Below are positions 9,087 through 21,938 of a stretch of DNA of 51,334 bases, piece after piece. A model generated the notes under the pieces. It did not search any database. It saw only the letters and a program-made list of their open reading frames with translations, and had not been told where the DNA came from. A program made the translations under genes and the position numbers. Position 1 is the stretch's first letter, and every line of letters starts with the position of its first letter. Source of the DNA: an uncultured bacterium (GTDB lineage Bacteria; Gemmatimonadota; Gemmatimonadetes; Gemmatimonadales; Gemmatimonadaceae). The DNA lies in the NCBI GenBank assembly GCA_963978095.1, contig CAXBQP010000017.1, positions 1 through 51,334 on the forward strand, given 5' to 3'.

Positions 9087-9123
9087 ACGCAAAGGAGCCG
9101 CCCACTGGGCGGCTCCTTTGCGT
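9087..9123. terminator. Probable bidirectional terminator between the tRNA cluster and convergent hemA
   Basis: 17-bp perfect inverted repeat ACGCAAAGGAGCCGCCC-act-GGGCGGCTCCTTTGCGT. Confidence 0.8.
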
Positions 9124-9140
9124 TGTCTGCCGTCAGCGCC

Positions 9141-10334
9141 CTACGAGGCGGGCGTGTCGTGGCCGCGCACCAGCGTGCGCACCGTGGCGTGCACGACGCG
9201 ACTCGCCAAGCGCTCCGCCACCTGGTCCAGAACGTCGTCCGGCAGCTCGCGCGTCGGGAAGCCGGTCCCGAACAGGTGACGCAGCTCCGCATGCGCGATC
9301 CCGCGCGCGACCTCTGTCGCCTCGTGCATCCCGCTCCCCAAACGGCGACGGTGCAACTCCATCCCGTACCGTTCCAGTTCGTCTTGCAGCGCATCCTGCG
9401 CCCGTGCGACGAGGGCAGGATCGCGACGGTCCGCGGCGTGCAGATCCGAAAGGCCGACGTAGCGGATCTCACGCGGAAGGCGCGACGCATCCACGGCGGG
9501 AGGCATCCCGAGGTCCACCCAGAGTGCGCCTTGCGGAAGCCTGGCGGCTGCGGCCAGCACAGCAGTGTCCAGCGCCAATGGGGCGTCCGAGCGGATCGCG
9601 AACAGTACCACGTCGGCTCGAGACAGGATGATCGGCAAATCGGCCCACGCGCACGGCTGTGCACCGTGCGTGATCGCGAAGGCCTGCACATGCGCCGGCG
9701 TGCGACCGACGACCATCAACTCCCGCGGCTCCGGCAGATGAACCAGCGACTGCGCAAAACTCGCCGCAGCGTCTCCCGTGCCAACGATCGCGATGCGAGA
9801 CGTCTTCCATGTCTCCGTTCGCTCCAGCGCGGCACACGACGCGACCTGGCCCAGCGTCGGCCGCGGGTGCATCGCGTGCGTCCTCGAGCGGATCTGGCGC
9901 GACGCTTCGACCACCTTGCGGAACACACCATCCAGTTCCGGGCCGACCACCCCGGCGTCCGCCGCGCGACGCCACGCGGCTTTCACCTGCTGCTGCGACT
10001 CCACCTCCCCGAAGCGCGGGGACTCCAGTCCGGCCGTGACCGCCATGAGGTGCCGCACCGCACGTTCGGCACGCAACACCTGGATATCTTCCAACGGCAC
10101 GGATGTGCCGTGGGCGGCTAGCCATCGGGAGAGCCAGCCGACTCCGTCGTGATCACCCCACCAGATCAGCTCGACGCGATGACACGTGCCCAAGAGCACG
10201 GCCGACATCCCTGCCTGCTCGAGGGCGATGTCTGCCTCGTGGAAGCGGGCACTCTCGGAACCGAATGCGCCACGGCACGCCGCGGGGACACATGGGGCCG
10301 TGATCGATGCCACACGGAGCGGAAGGCGGAACAC
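9141..10334 (-). CDS. hemA: Glutamyl-tRNA reductase, divergent
   Basis: GTCHRVE (TCNR catalytic Cys), AVRHLMAVTAGLES..FGE...QVK, IVGTGD NADPH loop, VDLGMPP; lies 7 nt downstream of hemH. Confidence 0.8.
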   Translation of the reverse strand: MFRLPLRVASITAPCVPAACRGAFGSESARFHEADIALEQAGMSAVLLGTCHRVELIWWGDHDGVGWLSRWLAAHGTSVPLEDIQVLRAERAVRHLMAVTAGLESPRFGEVESQQQVKAAWRRAADAGVVGPELDGVFRKVVEASRQIRSRTHAMHPRPTLGQVASCAALERTETWKTSRIAIVGTGDAAASFAQSLVHLPEPRELMVVGRTPAHVQAFAITHGAQPCAWADLPIILSRADVVLFAIRSDAPLALDTAVLAAAARLPQGALWVDLGMPPAVDASRLPREIRYVGLSDLHAADRRDPALVARAQDALQDELERYGMELHRRRLGSGMHEATEVARGIAHAELRHLFGTGFPTRELPDDVLDQVAERLASRVVHATVRTLVRGHDTPAS

Positions 10335-10341
10335 GCGTGCC

Positions 10342-11487
10342 TTATGCCGAACGCCGCGCGACCGCCGAAGAGGCGGGAGTCACGGCCTCGACAGCCCGAA
10401 GCTCGGCGGTCTGACGGCACATCGGGTTGACGCATCCCGGGCAACGCTCCGCATAGCGCGTCGAATGCAAGGACGCTCCGACCATGTGGCCGTGCACCAG
10501 GTCGGCCATTGCATCCAGGAAACGCGGCCGTGCGTTCAGGGAGGCGGAGCGGCGGAAGCCGCGCAACCCGAGCGAATGGGCCAGTTCACCGTATTCCAGG
10601 TCGATCTCGGAGAGTGTCTCGATGTGATCGCTCGTGAAGGCGATCGGAATCGCGAGCACGTTGTGACGCTTGCGCGCCGCGAGCGCACGGATGACCTGCT
10701 CCGTCGACGGACCGAGCCAACGTACCGGCCCTACCTCCGACTGATACGCCAACAGTGATGGATTCGGCCGGCCGAGCGCTTCGAGTACCAACTGCACCGT
10801 GGCGCCCACCTCCTGCGGATAGGCGTCCCCCCGCTCGATCACCGACAGCGGGAGCGAGTGCGCGCTGAACATCAGCAGCACGTCGTCGCGCTCGTGCGGG
10901 GCATAGCCGTCCAGCGCCTCCTCCACCGTCTCGGCCACCGACGCGATCAACCGCGGATGCGTTGGCCACCGATCGATGAGACTCCACGCGAAGCGCCCGC
11001 GCAGGCCGTTGCGGTCGAGCGCCCGCCACAGCTCATTCAGGCTCGAGCCCGTCGTGGTGCAGGAGAAGTGCGGATACTGCGAGAACGCGATGGCGCGCGT
11101 CACGCCGTCCGCGGCCATCTGGCGCACGGCCGCGTCGGCCGACGGTTCGACGTAGCGGAAGGCAACGTAAAACCGATGCGGCGCCGTCTCCGGAGACAGC
11201 GCATCGAGGCGTGCGCAGAGCCCTTCACCTTGGGCCCTCGTCCAGTGCAGGATCGGTGAGCCGCCGCCGATCGCATCGTAGAGTTTGCGCACCTTCGGCG
11301 CGCGACGCTTCGCGATGAACGGACCGAGCACATCCTGGAACGGCAGGCGGAGCAACTCACGGTCCGCGAAGAGATTCAGCAGGAACGGTTCGACGTCGTC
11401 GAGCGTCTCTGGCCCACCCATGTTCAGCATCACGATTCCCGTGCCGCCCTGACGACGCTTCAAGTCATGGGGGATCAACTGGCGCAT
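10342..11487 (-). CDS. hemH: Protoporphyrin ferrochelatase, [2Fe-2S] animal-like type
   Basis: NMGGPET, IGGGSPI, FSAHSLP, GDAYPQE, YQSEVGPVRWLGP, FTSDHIETL; C-terminal CPGCVNPMC; GGAG SD before ATG 11487. Confidence 0.95.
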   Translation of the reverse strand: MRQLIPHDLKRRQGGTGIVMLNMGGPETLDDVEPFLLNLFADRELLRLPFQDVLGPFIAKRRAPKVRKLYDAIGGGSPILHWTRAQGEGLCARLDALSPETAPHRFYVAFRYVEPSADAAVRQMAADGVTRAIAFSQYPHFSCTTTGSSLNELWRALDRNGLRGRFAWSLIDRWPTHPRLIASVAETVEEALDGYAPHERDDVLLMFSAHSLPLSVIERGDAYPQEVGATVQLVLEALGRPNPSLLAYQSEVGPVRWLGPSTEQVIRALAARKRHNVLAIPIAFTSDHIETLSEIDLEYGELAHSLGLRGFRRSASLNARPRFLDAMADLVHGHMVGASLHSTRYAERCPGCVNPMCRQTAELRAVEAVTPASSAVARRSA

Positions 11488-11742
11488 GCAGACTCCACGT
11501 GAGGAGGAAAAGACGGAGCGCGCCGCCTCGTGATACAGGGCCTCGCGCGGTCCCATGAAGAGTCGGGCGGAGGCGCGGGCCACACAATTCGGATTTTTCC
11601 GGAGCGTCGGCTCCGTAGTCTTACGGGAGGGCTGTCAGGGATATGCGGTCGGGCGCGCCGCCTCGGCCCGGTACGCGCCGACGCCGATTGGCACGAACAG
11701 CGCCCAGTTCCCCTGGGGCTTCACCTTCCACAGATTGTCGCG

Positions 11743-13284
11743 GTGACCCATTCTCCCCCGAACACGCTGACGGCGCTCTTCCACGGGGCGCTGACCTCGG
11801 CGAGTGCGCAACCGGCACTCGTGTACACCGGAGCCGACGGTGGCCGCATCGAACTGACGTTCGCGGCCCTGCAGCGCCGCGTCGACGCTACCGCGGTGGT
11901 TCTCGCGTCACACGGCTTGCGCGCCGGCGATCGCTGTGTGCTCCATCTGGCGAACTGCGTCGAGTTCGTCGAGCTGTTCCTCGCCTGTCTGCGCGGCGGC
12001 ATCATCTGCGTCCCGGTGAACGTGCTGTATCGGGATCGGGAGTTGTCGCACATCGTCAGCGATGCCGAGCCAACCCTCATCGTCACGGCGGCCGAACATC
12101 GCCCGCTCTTCGCGGCCGATGCGACCGTGCTCACCGTCGAAGCACTGCGCGACGCTGCCGCTGGGATTGCTTCTGGATCCGCCGCCGGCGCATCGGAACC
12201 GGCCATACCGCTACCGCCTCCGGTTGACGCGTCGCCCGAAACGCCAGCCGTGATCATTTACACGTCCGGCACCACCGGGCGCGCCAAAGGCGCGGTGCTC
12301 ACCCACGGCAATCTCGTGGCGAACGCACGCCATATCGTCGATGCCTGGCGGATCACCGGCGCGGACCGCTACCTCGCGGTGTTGCCGCTGTTCCACGTGC
12401 ATGGACTCGGCAACGGCCTGTGCGCCTGGCTCGCGACCGGCTGCACGATGATGCTCGTCGAGCGTTTCGATCACGCGCGCGTCGTGGAGTGGTTCACGGC
12501 ATTCCGTCCCACCGTGATGTTCGGTGTGCCGACGATCTATGTGCGTCTGCTCGAACTGCCCTCCGACACCGCCGCCCGGATGGGGCAGGGGATGCGGCTG
12601 TTCGTCTCCGGTTCGGCGCCATTGCCGGCACACGTGCACACGCAGTTCCTCGCGCGGTACGGTCATACGATTCTGGAACGGTACGGCATGAGCGAGACGC
12701 TCATGAACATCGGGAATCCGTACGACGGCGAGCGCCGCCCCGGTGCGGTGGGATTCCCCTTTCGCGAGGTGGACGCGAGGATCGTCGACGAATCGGGGGC
12801 GACGGTCCCCGCCGGAGCCGTGGGGCAGTTGGAAGTGCGCGGCCCGAATGTGTTTCGCGAGTACTGGCGCAACCCGGACGCTACCGCGAAGGCGTTTCGT
12901 GACGGCTGGTTTCGCACGGGCGATATGGCGGAGTGTTCGGCCGACGGGTATTACACGCTGCGCGGTCGCTCGAGTGATCTGATCATCAGTGGTGGCTTCA
13001 ACTTATATCCACGCGAGATCGAGGAACTGTTGCTCGATGCCCCCGGTGTGCACGAAGTCGCCGTGATCGGCGCGACCGATCCGCGGCGCGGCGAAGTGCC
13101 CATCGCCTACATCGTCGCGGACGCAGCGGTGCGCGACGAAGAACTTCGGGCGCTCTGTGCTGCGAAGTTGGCGAGTTTCAAGTTGCCGCGCGCGTTCATT
13201 CGCGTGCCGACGCTTCCGCGAACCGCGCTCGGCAAGGTGCAGCGACATTTGTTGCCGCCGTGGAATCCTGGCGCAGTATCGTGA
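11743..13284 (+). CDS. Acyl-CoA synthetase, malonyl-CoA synthetase (MatB)-like
   Basis: YTSGTTGRAKG, LPLFHVHGL, RLFVSGSAPL, ILERYGMSET, GWFRTGD, LPRTALGKV. The GTG at 11743 gives a family-typical length. Confidence 0.85.
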   Translation: MTHSPPNTLTALFHGALTSASAQPALVYTGADGGRIELTFAALQRRVDATAVVLASHGLRAGDRCVLHLANCVEFVELFLACLRGGIICVPVNVLYRDRELSHIVSDAEPTLIVTAAEHRPLFAADATVLTVEALRDAAAGIASGSAAGASEPAIPLPPPVDASPETPAVIIYTSGTTGRAKGAVLTHGNLVANARHIVDAWRITGADRYLAVLPLFHVHGLGNGLCAWLATGCTMMLVERFDHARVVEWFTAFRPTVMFGVPTIYVRLLELPSDTAARMGQGMRLFVSGSAPLPAHVHTQFLARYGHTILERYGMSETLMNIGNPYDGERRPGAVGFPFREVDARIVDESGATVPAGAVGQLEVRGPNVFREYWRNPDATAKAFRDGWFRTGDMAECSADGYYTLRGRSSDLIISGGFNLYPREIEELLLDAPGVHEVAVIGATDPRRGEVPIAYIVADAAVRDEELRALCAAKLASFKLPRAFIRVPTLPRTALGKVQRHLLPPWNPGAVS

Positions 13285-13550
13285 GCCACGAGATCACGGT
13301 GGGCCGTCTGCCGCGCCGCCTGCCGCCGAGGGCGATGAGCGCTCGCGCGCAATGTGCTGGAGGTGCGCGCTGAGCTGGTGCGCGCCCGATTTATCCGTGA
13401 CACCCCCCTTGCGCGAATGTGTTCAGGTTGTTACTGTTCGCTTTCTACCCCAGAAATGGGGCAGGGTAGCGCCCACCGGGCCTGGAACGGCCCGGTTCGC
13501 GTCTTCGGGACTCTGGGGAAAAGAAGTTCAAAGAAACTTGCTTGACCCCC

Positions 13551-13580
13551 TTGACGAACCGGATACGCACTGGGTATGTT
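13551..13580 (+). promoter_or_regulatory. rRNA operon promoter
   Basis: TTGACG-N18-TATGTT with A-rich upstream DNA and a GC-rich downstream segment. Confidence 0.65.
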
Positions 13581-13794
13581 GAGAGGCTGCCCCCCGAAAG
13601 GGCGCTGGCAGACGAGAAAAACGCTGATTGAAAATTGAGTGTGAGATCATTGGGTGTGCGAGGCTATCTCGATGACCCGAGTCCATTCAGGGGCTCGGCG
13701 AGAGAATAGACCTGAAAACATTCTGTGATTCCGAATGACGCTGTCATGTTGGTGACAGCGTGACAGCGGTTCGGAAGAGCTAATCAACTTTTCA

Positions 13795-15318
<1,524 letters not shown>

Positions 15319-15616
15319 ACGGAGCAGCGAGTAGGCCAGTTCTTCGGAGCTTGGCACGAAAGCGCTACCGGATAGTCGTTAGTCTCGTACATCCGATCTC
15401 ACGCTCAAATTTTTTGCCGGGTCCTTCGGGATCTGGCGATCGACATGTCTGGTGATGTCTCCTCCGGGAGCCTCGCGCACGACATCGTTGTTTGACAATG
15501 GAAATGGGTAATGATCGTGGGAAACGAATCACACTAGTGACACAATTTCATCGGTATCAACCGATTTTGATTGATCACTCGTAGTAGATCGCGCGTGCTT
15601 TGTTTGACGATGTTGT

Positions 15617-18565
<2,949 letters not shown>

Positions 18566-18692
18566 CTCCCCATCTCCTCGGAGATGGGCTGGAATACAAA
18601 CGCCGCAGAGCATTCGCACGATCTATTTGGACTCGTCCAAACGATTCGAAGTACTCCGATCATTACCCATTCCCATAGTCATTCTTGACATA

Positions 18693-18810
18693 CGCTGGCG
18701 ACTAGAGCGTAGGGGCCACACTCGTTCCCATTCCGAACACGATCGTTAAGCCCTACAGCGCCGATGGTACTCCGATTGAGAGATCGCGGGAGAGTAGGCC
18801 GTCGCCGGCA
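18693..18810 (+). rRNA. rrf: 5S rRNA
   Basis: GCTGGCGAC/GTCGCCGGC terminal helix, CCCATTCCGAAC, GCCGATGGTAC, GGGAGAGTAGG. Confidence 0.97.
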
Positions 18811-18835
18811 CCTCTTGGTCCTTCCTGGGACCACT

Positions 18836-18872
18836 CACAGAACCCCAGCCCTTCACAGGCTGGGGTTTTGTG
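18836..18872 (+). terminator. Intrinsic terminator of the rRNA operon
   Basis: AACCCCAGCC-cttcaca-GGCTGGGGTT followed by TTGTG. Confidence 0.8.
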
Positions 18873-18927
18873 CGTTCATCCCACCCTTCCACTGTTTCCG
18901 CTGCCTTCCGTCACTCGTCTACTCTCG

Positions 18928-19821
18928 ATGACCACTCGTGCGGGGTTCGTCACTGTCGCTGGCCGGCCAAACGCCGGTAAATCCACCCTGCTCAACAGGC
19001 TCGTCGGACAACATCTCGCGATCACGAGCCCAAAACCACAAAGCACCCGGGATCGTGTGGTCGGAATCATCTCCGACGACGATTCCCAGATCGTGCTGTT
19101 CGATACCCCGGGGCTCCTCGAACCACGATACGACTTGCAGCGCGCCATGCACGGGGCCGCCCGCAAAGCGCTCGAAGAAGCCGATGTCATCGTCCACCTG
19201 ATCGACGCCAGCGAGGGACTCCAGCCGGAGCATCTCGCGACCGCCGTCAACGGAGAAGGGGCACGTGACTTCCGTGCCCCCGTCATTCTCGCCTTCAACA
19301 AGGTGGATGCCTTGACCCCGGAGCGACTGACCGCGCTGAAGCTCGAGTTCCCTAACGCCGCGCTGATCTCGGCCAGGACCGGGGAGGGGGTCAAGTACCT
19401 GCTCAAAACGGTCCGCAAACGATTGCCGGAGAGTCCTTTCCTCTACGACGCCGACGATGTCAGCACCCAACAGCTCCGATTCTTTGCCGCCGAGATGATC
19501 CGCGAGTGTGCGCTCGAGCAGCTGGATGACGAAGTGCCCTACAGCGTCGCGTGCGAGATCGAGGAGTTTCGGGAAACGGGCTCTCCGGTGTACATTCGTG
19601 CGGTACTGCACGTGGAACGGGACAGCCAGAAGCAAATTCTGATCGGTGCGGACGGTTCGCGGATCAAGGCAATCGGGAAGGACGCCCGTCGGAAGATCGA
19701 GCCGCTCGTGGGTGGGAAGGTGTACCTCGATCTGTGGGTGAAGGTGCTGTCGAACTGGAGGCGGAATCCGAACGCTCTGCGCCGACTCGGCTACAATCTC
19801 CCTGACGAACGGAAATCATGA
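18928..19821 (+). CDS. era: GTPase Era
   Basis: GRPNAGKST, KPQSTR, DTPG, NKVD, EVPYS and a KH domain. Confidence 0.97.
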   Translation: MTTRAGFVTVAGRPNAGKSTLLNRLVGQHLAITSPKPQSTRDRVVGIISDDDSQIVLFDTPGLLEPRYDLQRAMHGAARKALEEADVIVHLIDASEGLQPEHLATAVNGEGARDFRAPVILAFNKVDALTPERLTALKLEFPNAALISARTGEGVKYLLKTVRKRLPESPFLYDADDVSTQQLRFFAAEMIRECALEQLDDEVPYSVACEIEEFRETGSPVYIRAVLHVERDSQKQILIGADGSRIKAIGKDARRKIEPLVGGKVYLDLWVKVLSNWRRNPNALRRLGYNLPDERKS

Positions 19822-20003
19822 CTCTGAGCCCGCAGCTTCGCGCCATTCTTGTCTGCCCCACGTGCAAGGGGGCGTTGACCGATGCTGTCGCCGGTCTCGG
19901 CCTCGACTGCGCGGCCTGCGCCTTGCGCTTTCCCATCCGCGACGGCATTCCCGTGATGTTGGTCGATGAGGCGCTGCCCCTTGGGTCCCCGTCGGCCGAG
20001 TGA
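19818..20003 (+). CDS. Trm112/YcaR (UPF0434) family protein
   Basis: ILVCPTCKGAL...C..C.LRFPIRDGIPVMLVDEA; ATGA overlap with era. Confidence 0.9.
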   Translation: MTLSPQLRAILVCPTCKGALTDAVAGLGLDCAACALRFPIRDGIPVMLVDEALPLGSPSAE

Positions 20004-21004
20004 GCACGCCCGTCGTTGCCTTCGTCTTCGCGGAGTCACTCGACGCGCTGCCGGACGCGGTGCGGGAGTGGCTTGGGGACGCCGATGTGCAGCCAGAACG
20101 GATGGAAACCGCCGACGGGCTCTTGGAGGCTGCATTATGCAATCGGCCGCGTGTCGCGATTTTTGACGCACGATGTGGAGAAGTCGCGCGTCACTCCGCT
20201 CTTCAGGCGTGTCAGCGGCTCAAATCCGACTCGTTCACGGGAATCGTCCCCGCCGTGGTGCTCGTTTCGGCCCTCGAACAGGTGCCGCAAGCCTTCGCTT
20301 CCGGGGCCGATGAGGTGCTGACTCCGGATTTTGCCGACATCGTCGTTCGCGCCCGTCTGGACGCCATGCTCCGTCGCAGCGATCGGGATGTGCGGGTGCA
20401 TCCATCCACACGTCTGCCCGGGGCGGTCGAGATCGACATGGATATCGCTGGGCGGCTGCGGCGCAACGAGTTGTTCGCCGTGGGCTATGCGGACCTTGAT
20501 CATTTCAAGGAATACAACGACCGGTACAGTTATCATGACGGCGACCGCGTCATCCGCATCCTGTCCAAGATTCTGCACGACGTGGTGAAGGGGAGCTGTG
20601 GTGAGGCCGGGTTCGTTGGACACATCGGGGGCGATGACTTCATCTTCGTGATGCCCTTGGACCGCCTGCAGGAGACCTGCGACGAAATCGTACGAACGTT
20701 CGACCAGTTGGTCCCATTCCAGTACTCGGAGCAGGACCGAACGGCGGGGTACTACTTCGGCAAGGATCGCCGCGGCCAGTTGCATCAGGTTCCGCTGATG
20801 TCGGTGTCCATTGGCGTGGTCACGAACGAACGGCGACATTTCTCGCATCCGTCGCAGGTCAGCGAGTTGGCCACGGAGATGAAGAGCTACGCCAAGTCCA
20901 TGCCCGGATCCGTATTTGCTGTAGACCGCCGCACAGACGGGCCATGCCTTGAGGCAAGCGGCATCCCGCTCGATGCGGTCCAACCGGTCGGAGGCCTCGC
21001 GTGA
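20000..21004 (+). CDS. Degenerate receiver + GGDEF-domain protein (GGDDF variant)
   Basis: TRLPG, DLDHFKEYNDRY...GD, GHIGGDDF, SVSIGV; N-terminal receiver-like region with GADEVL. Confidence 0.85.
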   Translation: MSTPVVAFVFAESLDALPDAVREWLGDADVQPERMETADGLLEAALCNRPRVAIFDARCGEVARHSALQACQRLKSDSFTGIVPAVVLVSALEQVPQAFASGADEVLTPDFADIVVRARLDAMLRRSDRDVRVHPSTRLPGAVEIDMDIAGRLRRNELFAVGYADLDHFKEYNDRYSYHDGDRVIRILSKILHDVVKGSCGEAGFVGHIGGDDFIFVMPLDRLQETCDEIVRTFDQLVPFQYSEQDRTAGYYFGKDRRGQLHQVPLMSVSIGVVTNERRHFSHPSQVSELATEMKSYAKSMPGSVFAVDRRTDGPCLEASGIPLDAVQPVGGLA

Positions 21005-21792
21005 ACGTCTTGTGCCCACGCTGTTCCGCGACATTCCGCGTTGATCCCTCGAAAATCCCCCTCGGCGGGATTCGTGCGGGATGCTCAGCCTGCGGAAGCG
21101 CGATGGACATCGCAAGCCCGGACGATGCGCACGGATGGTTCGATATTCCGCCAACGGCTCCTGTTCAAGCCGATTGGACGTACGACGAGATGCGCAGCGG
21201 GACGGTGACCGTCTCGTCAACCGAGGCGATGATCAACTCTGATCGCGCTGCCGTGCCGCACCTCGAGTTGGGAGATATGCCGTTGCCTGGCGAGATTCCA
21301 CCGGCGGTGCGGCCGCCGAGAGCCGTCTCTGGGTATGGAGCGATGCGTCCCGCGGTTTCGCGCCGACGGTTGAGGACGGCCTCCGCCGCACCGCTTGCCG
21401 CACCGCTTGCCGCACCGCTTGCCGCACCGCTTGCGGCACCGCCTGCGGCACCGCCTGCGGCACCGCTTGCGGCACCGCTTGCGGCACCGACCCTAAGCTC
21501 CGTAGCGGAACCTGAGCCCTCGGGCCGTGTCATCAACCCGTTCCTCAAGAACGACCCCTCGACCAAGGCGAAGCGGCTGGCCCGGGCGCTGGTTTCTGAC
21601 ATGATCGCGTATCTGCCGGCCAAGCGCGAGGAAGGGCTGCGCGACGGCACTCTCAAACAGCTGTTCCGTGAGGAAATCAAGAAGAGTTACGAGGAGTATG
21701 TCGATCAGGTTGGAGAGGCATTGGCCGAATCGACGCCTTTCTTCCGGGACGCGTTGAACGAGATCTTGGCGGGCGGCAAGATCATTTTCTAG
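21001..21792 (+). CDS. MJ0042-type zinc-ribbon protein with a Pro/Ala linker and a conserved helical C-terminal domain
   Basis: CPRCSATFRVD...GCSACG; C-terminal KAKRLARALVSDMIAY...EIKKSYEEY. Confidence 0.8.
   Translation: MNVLCPRCSATFRVDPSKIPLGGIRAGCSACGSAMDIASPDDAHGWFDIPPTAPVQADWTYDEMRSGTVTVSSTEAMINSDRAAVPHLELGDMPLPGEIPPAVRPPRAVSGYGAMRPAVSRRRLRTASAAPLAAPLAAPLAAPLAAPPAAPPAAPLAAPLAAPTLSSVAEPEPSGRVINPFLKNDPSTKAKRLARALVSDMIAYLPAKREEGLRDGTLKQLFREEIKKSYEEYVDQVGEALAESTPFFRDALNEILAGGKIIF
21385..21489 (+). repeat. 12-bp coding tandem repeat GC(C/G)GCACCGC(T/C)T, 8.75 copies
   Basis: Units start at 21385, 21397, 21409, 21421 (AAPL), 21433, 21445 (AAPP), 21457, 21469 (AAPL), with a partial unit at 21481. 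Confidence 0.95.
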
Positions 21793-21938
21793 CGACCCGT
21801 GGTGTGTGACGTCCGGCGGCGAGAAACTCCCCGCGGCGCACTGGAGGGAAGTGCTTTCACCCAGTACATTTAGAACGTATCCGCGAGCCGTTCGCCGAGT
21901 GGCGGTGAACGGCTCGACTCTTACCCCGAAAGTGCAGA

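Noticed and set aside
8745..13500. Integrative element at the tRNA cluster
   Set aside because: No integrase, transposase or duplicated tRNA 3' end was found.
13281..13545. Short ORFs between the MatB-like gene and the rRNA promoter
   Set aside because: No recognisable motif in any frame; a gene remnant is possible but unsupported.
21385..21489. Repeat as a CRISPR array
   Set aside because: Contiguous 12-bp units with no spacers, in frame in a CDS, and no cas genes.
21885..21915. Hairpin upstream of prfB as a riboswitch or ncRNA
   Set aside because: A single imperfect stem with no recognisable family motif.
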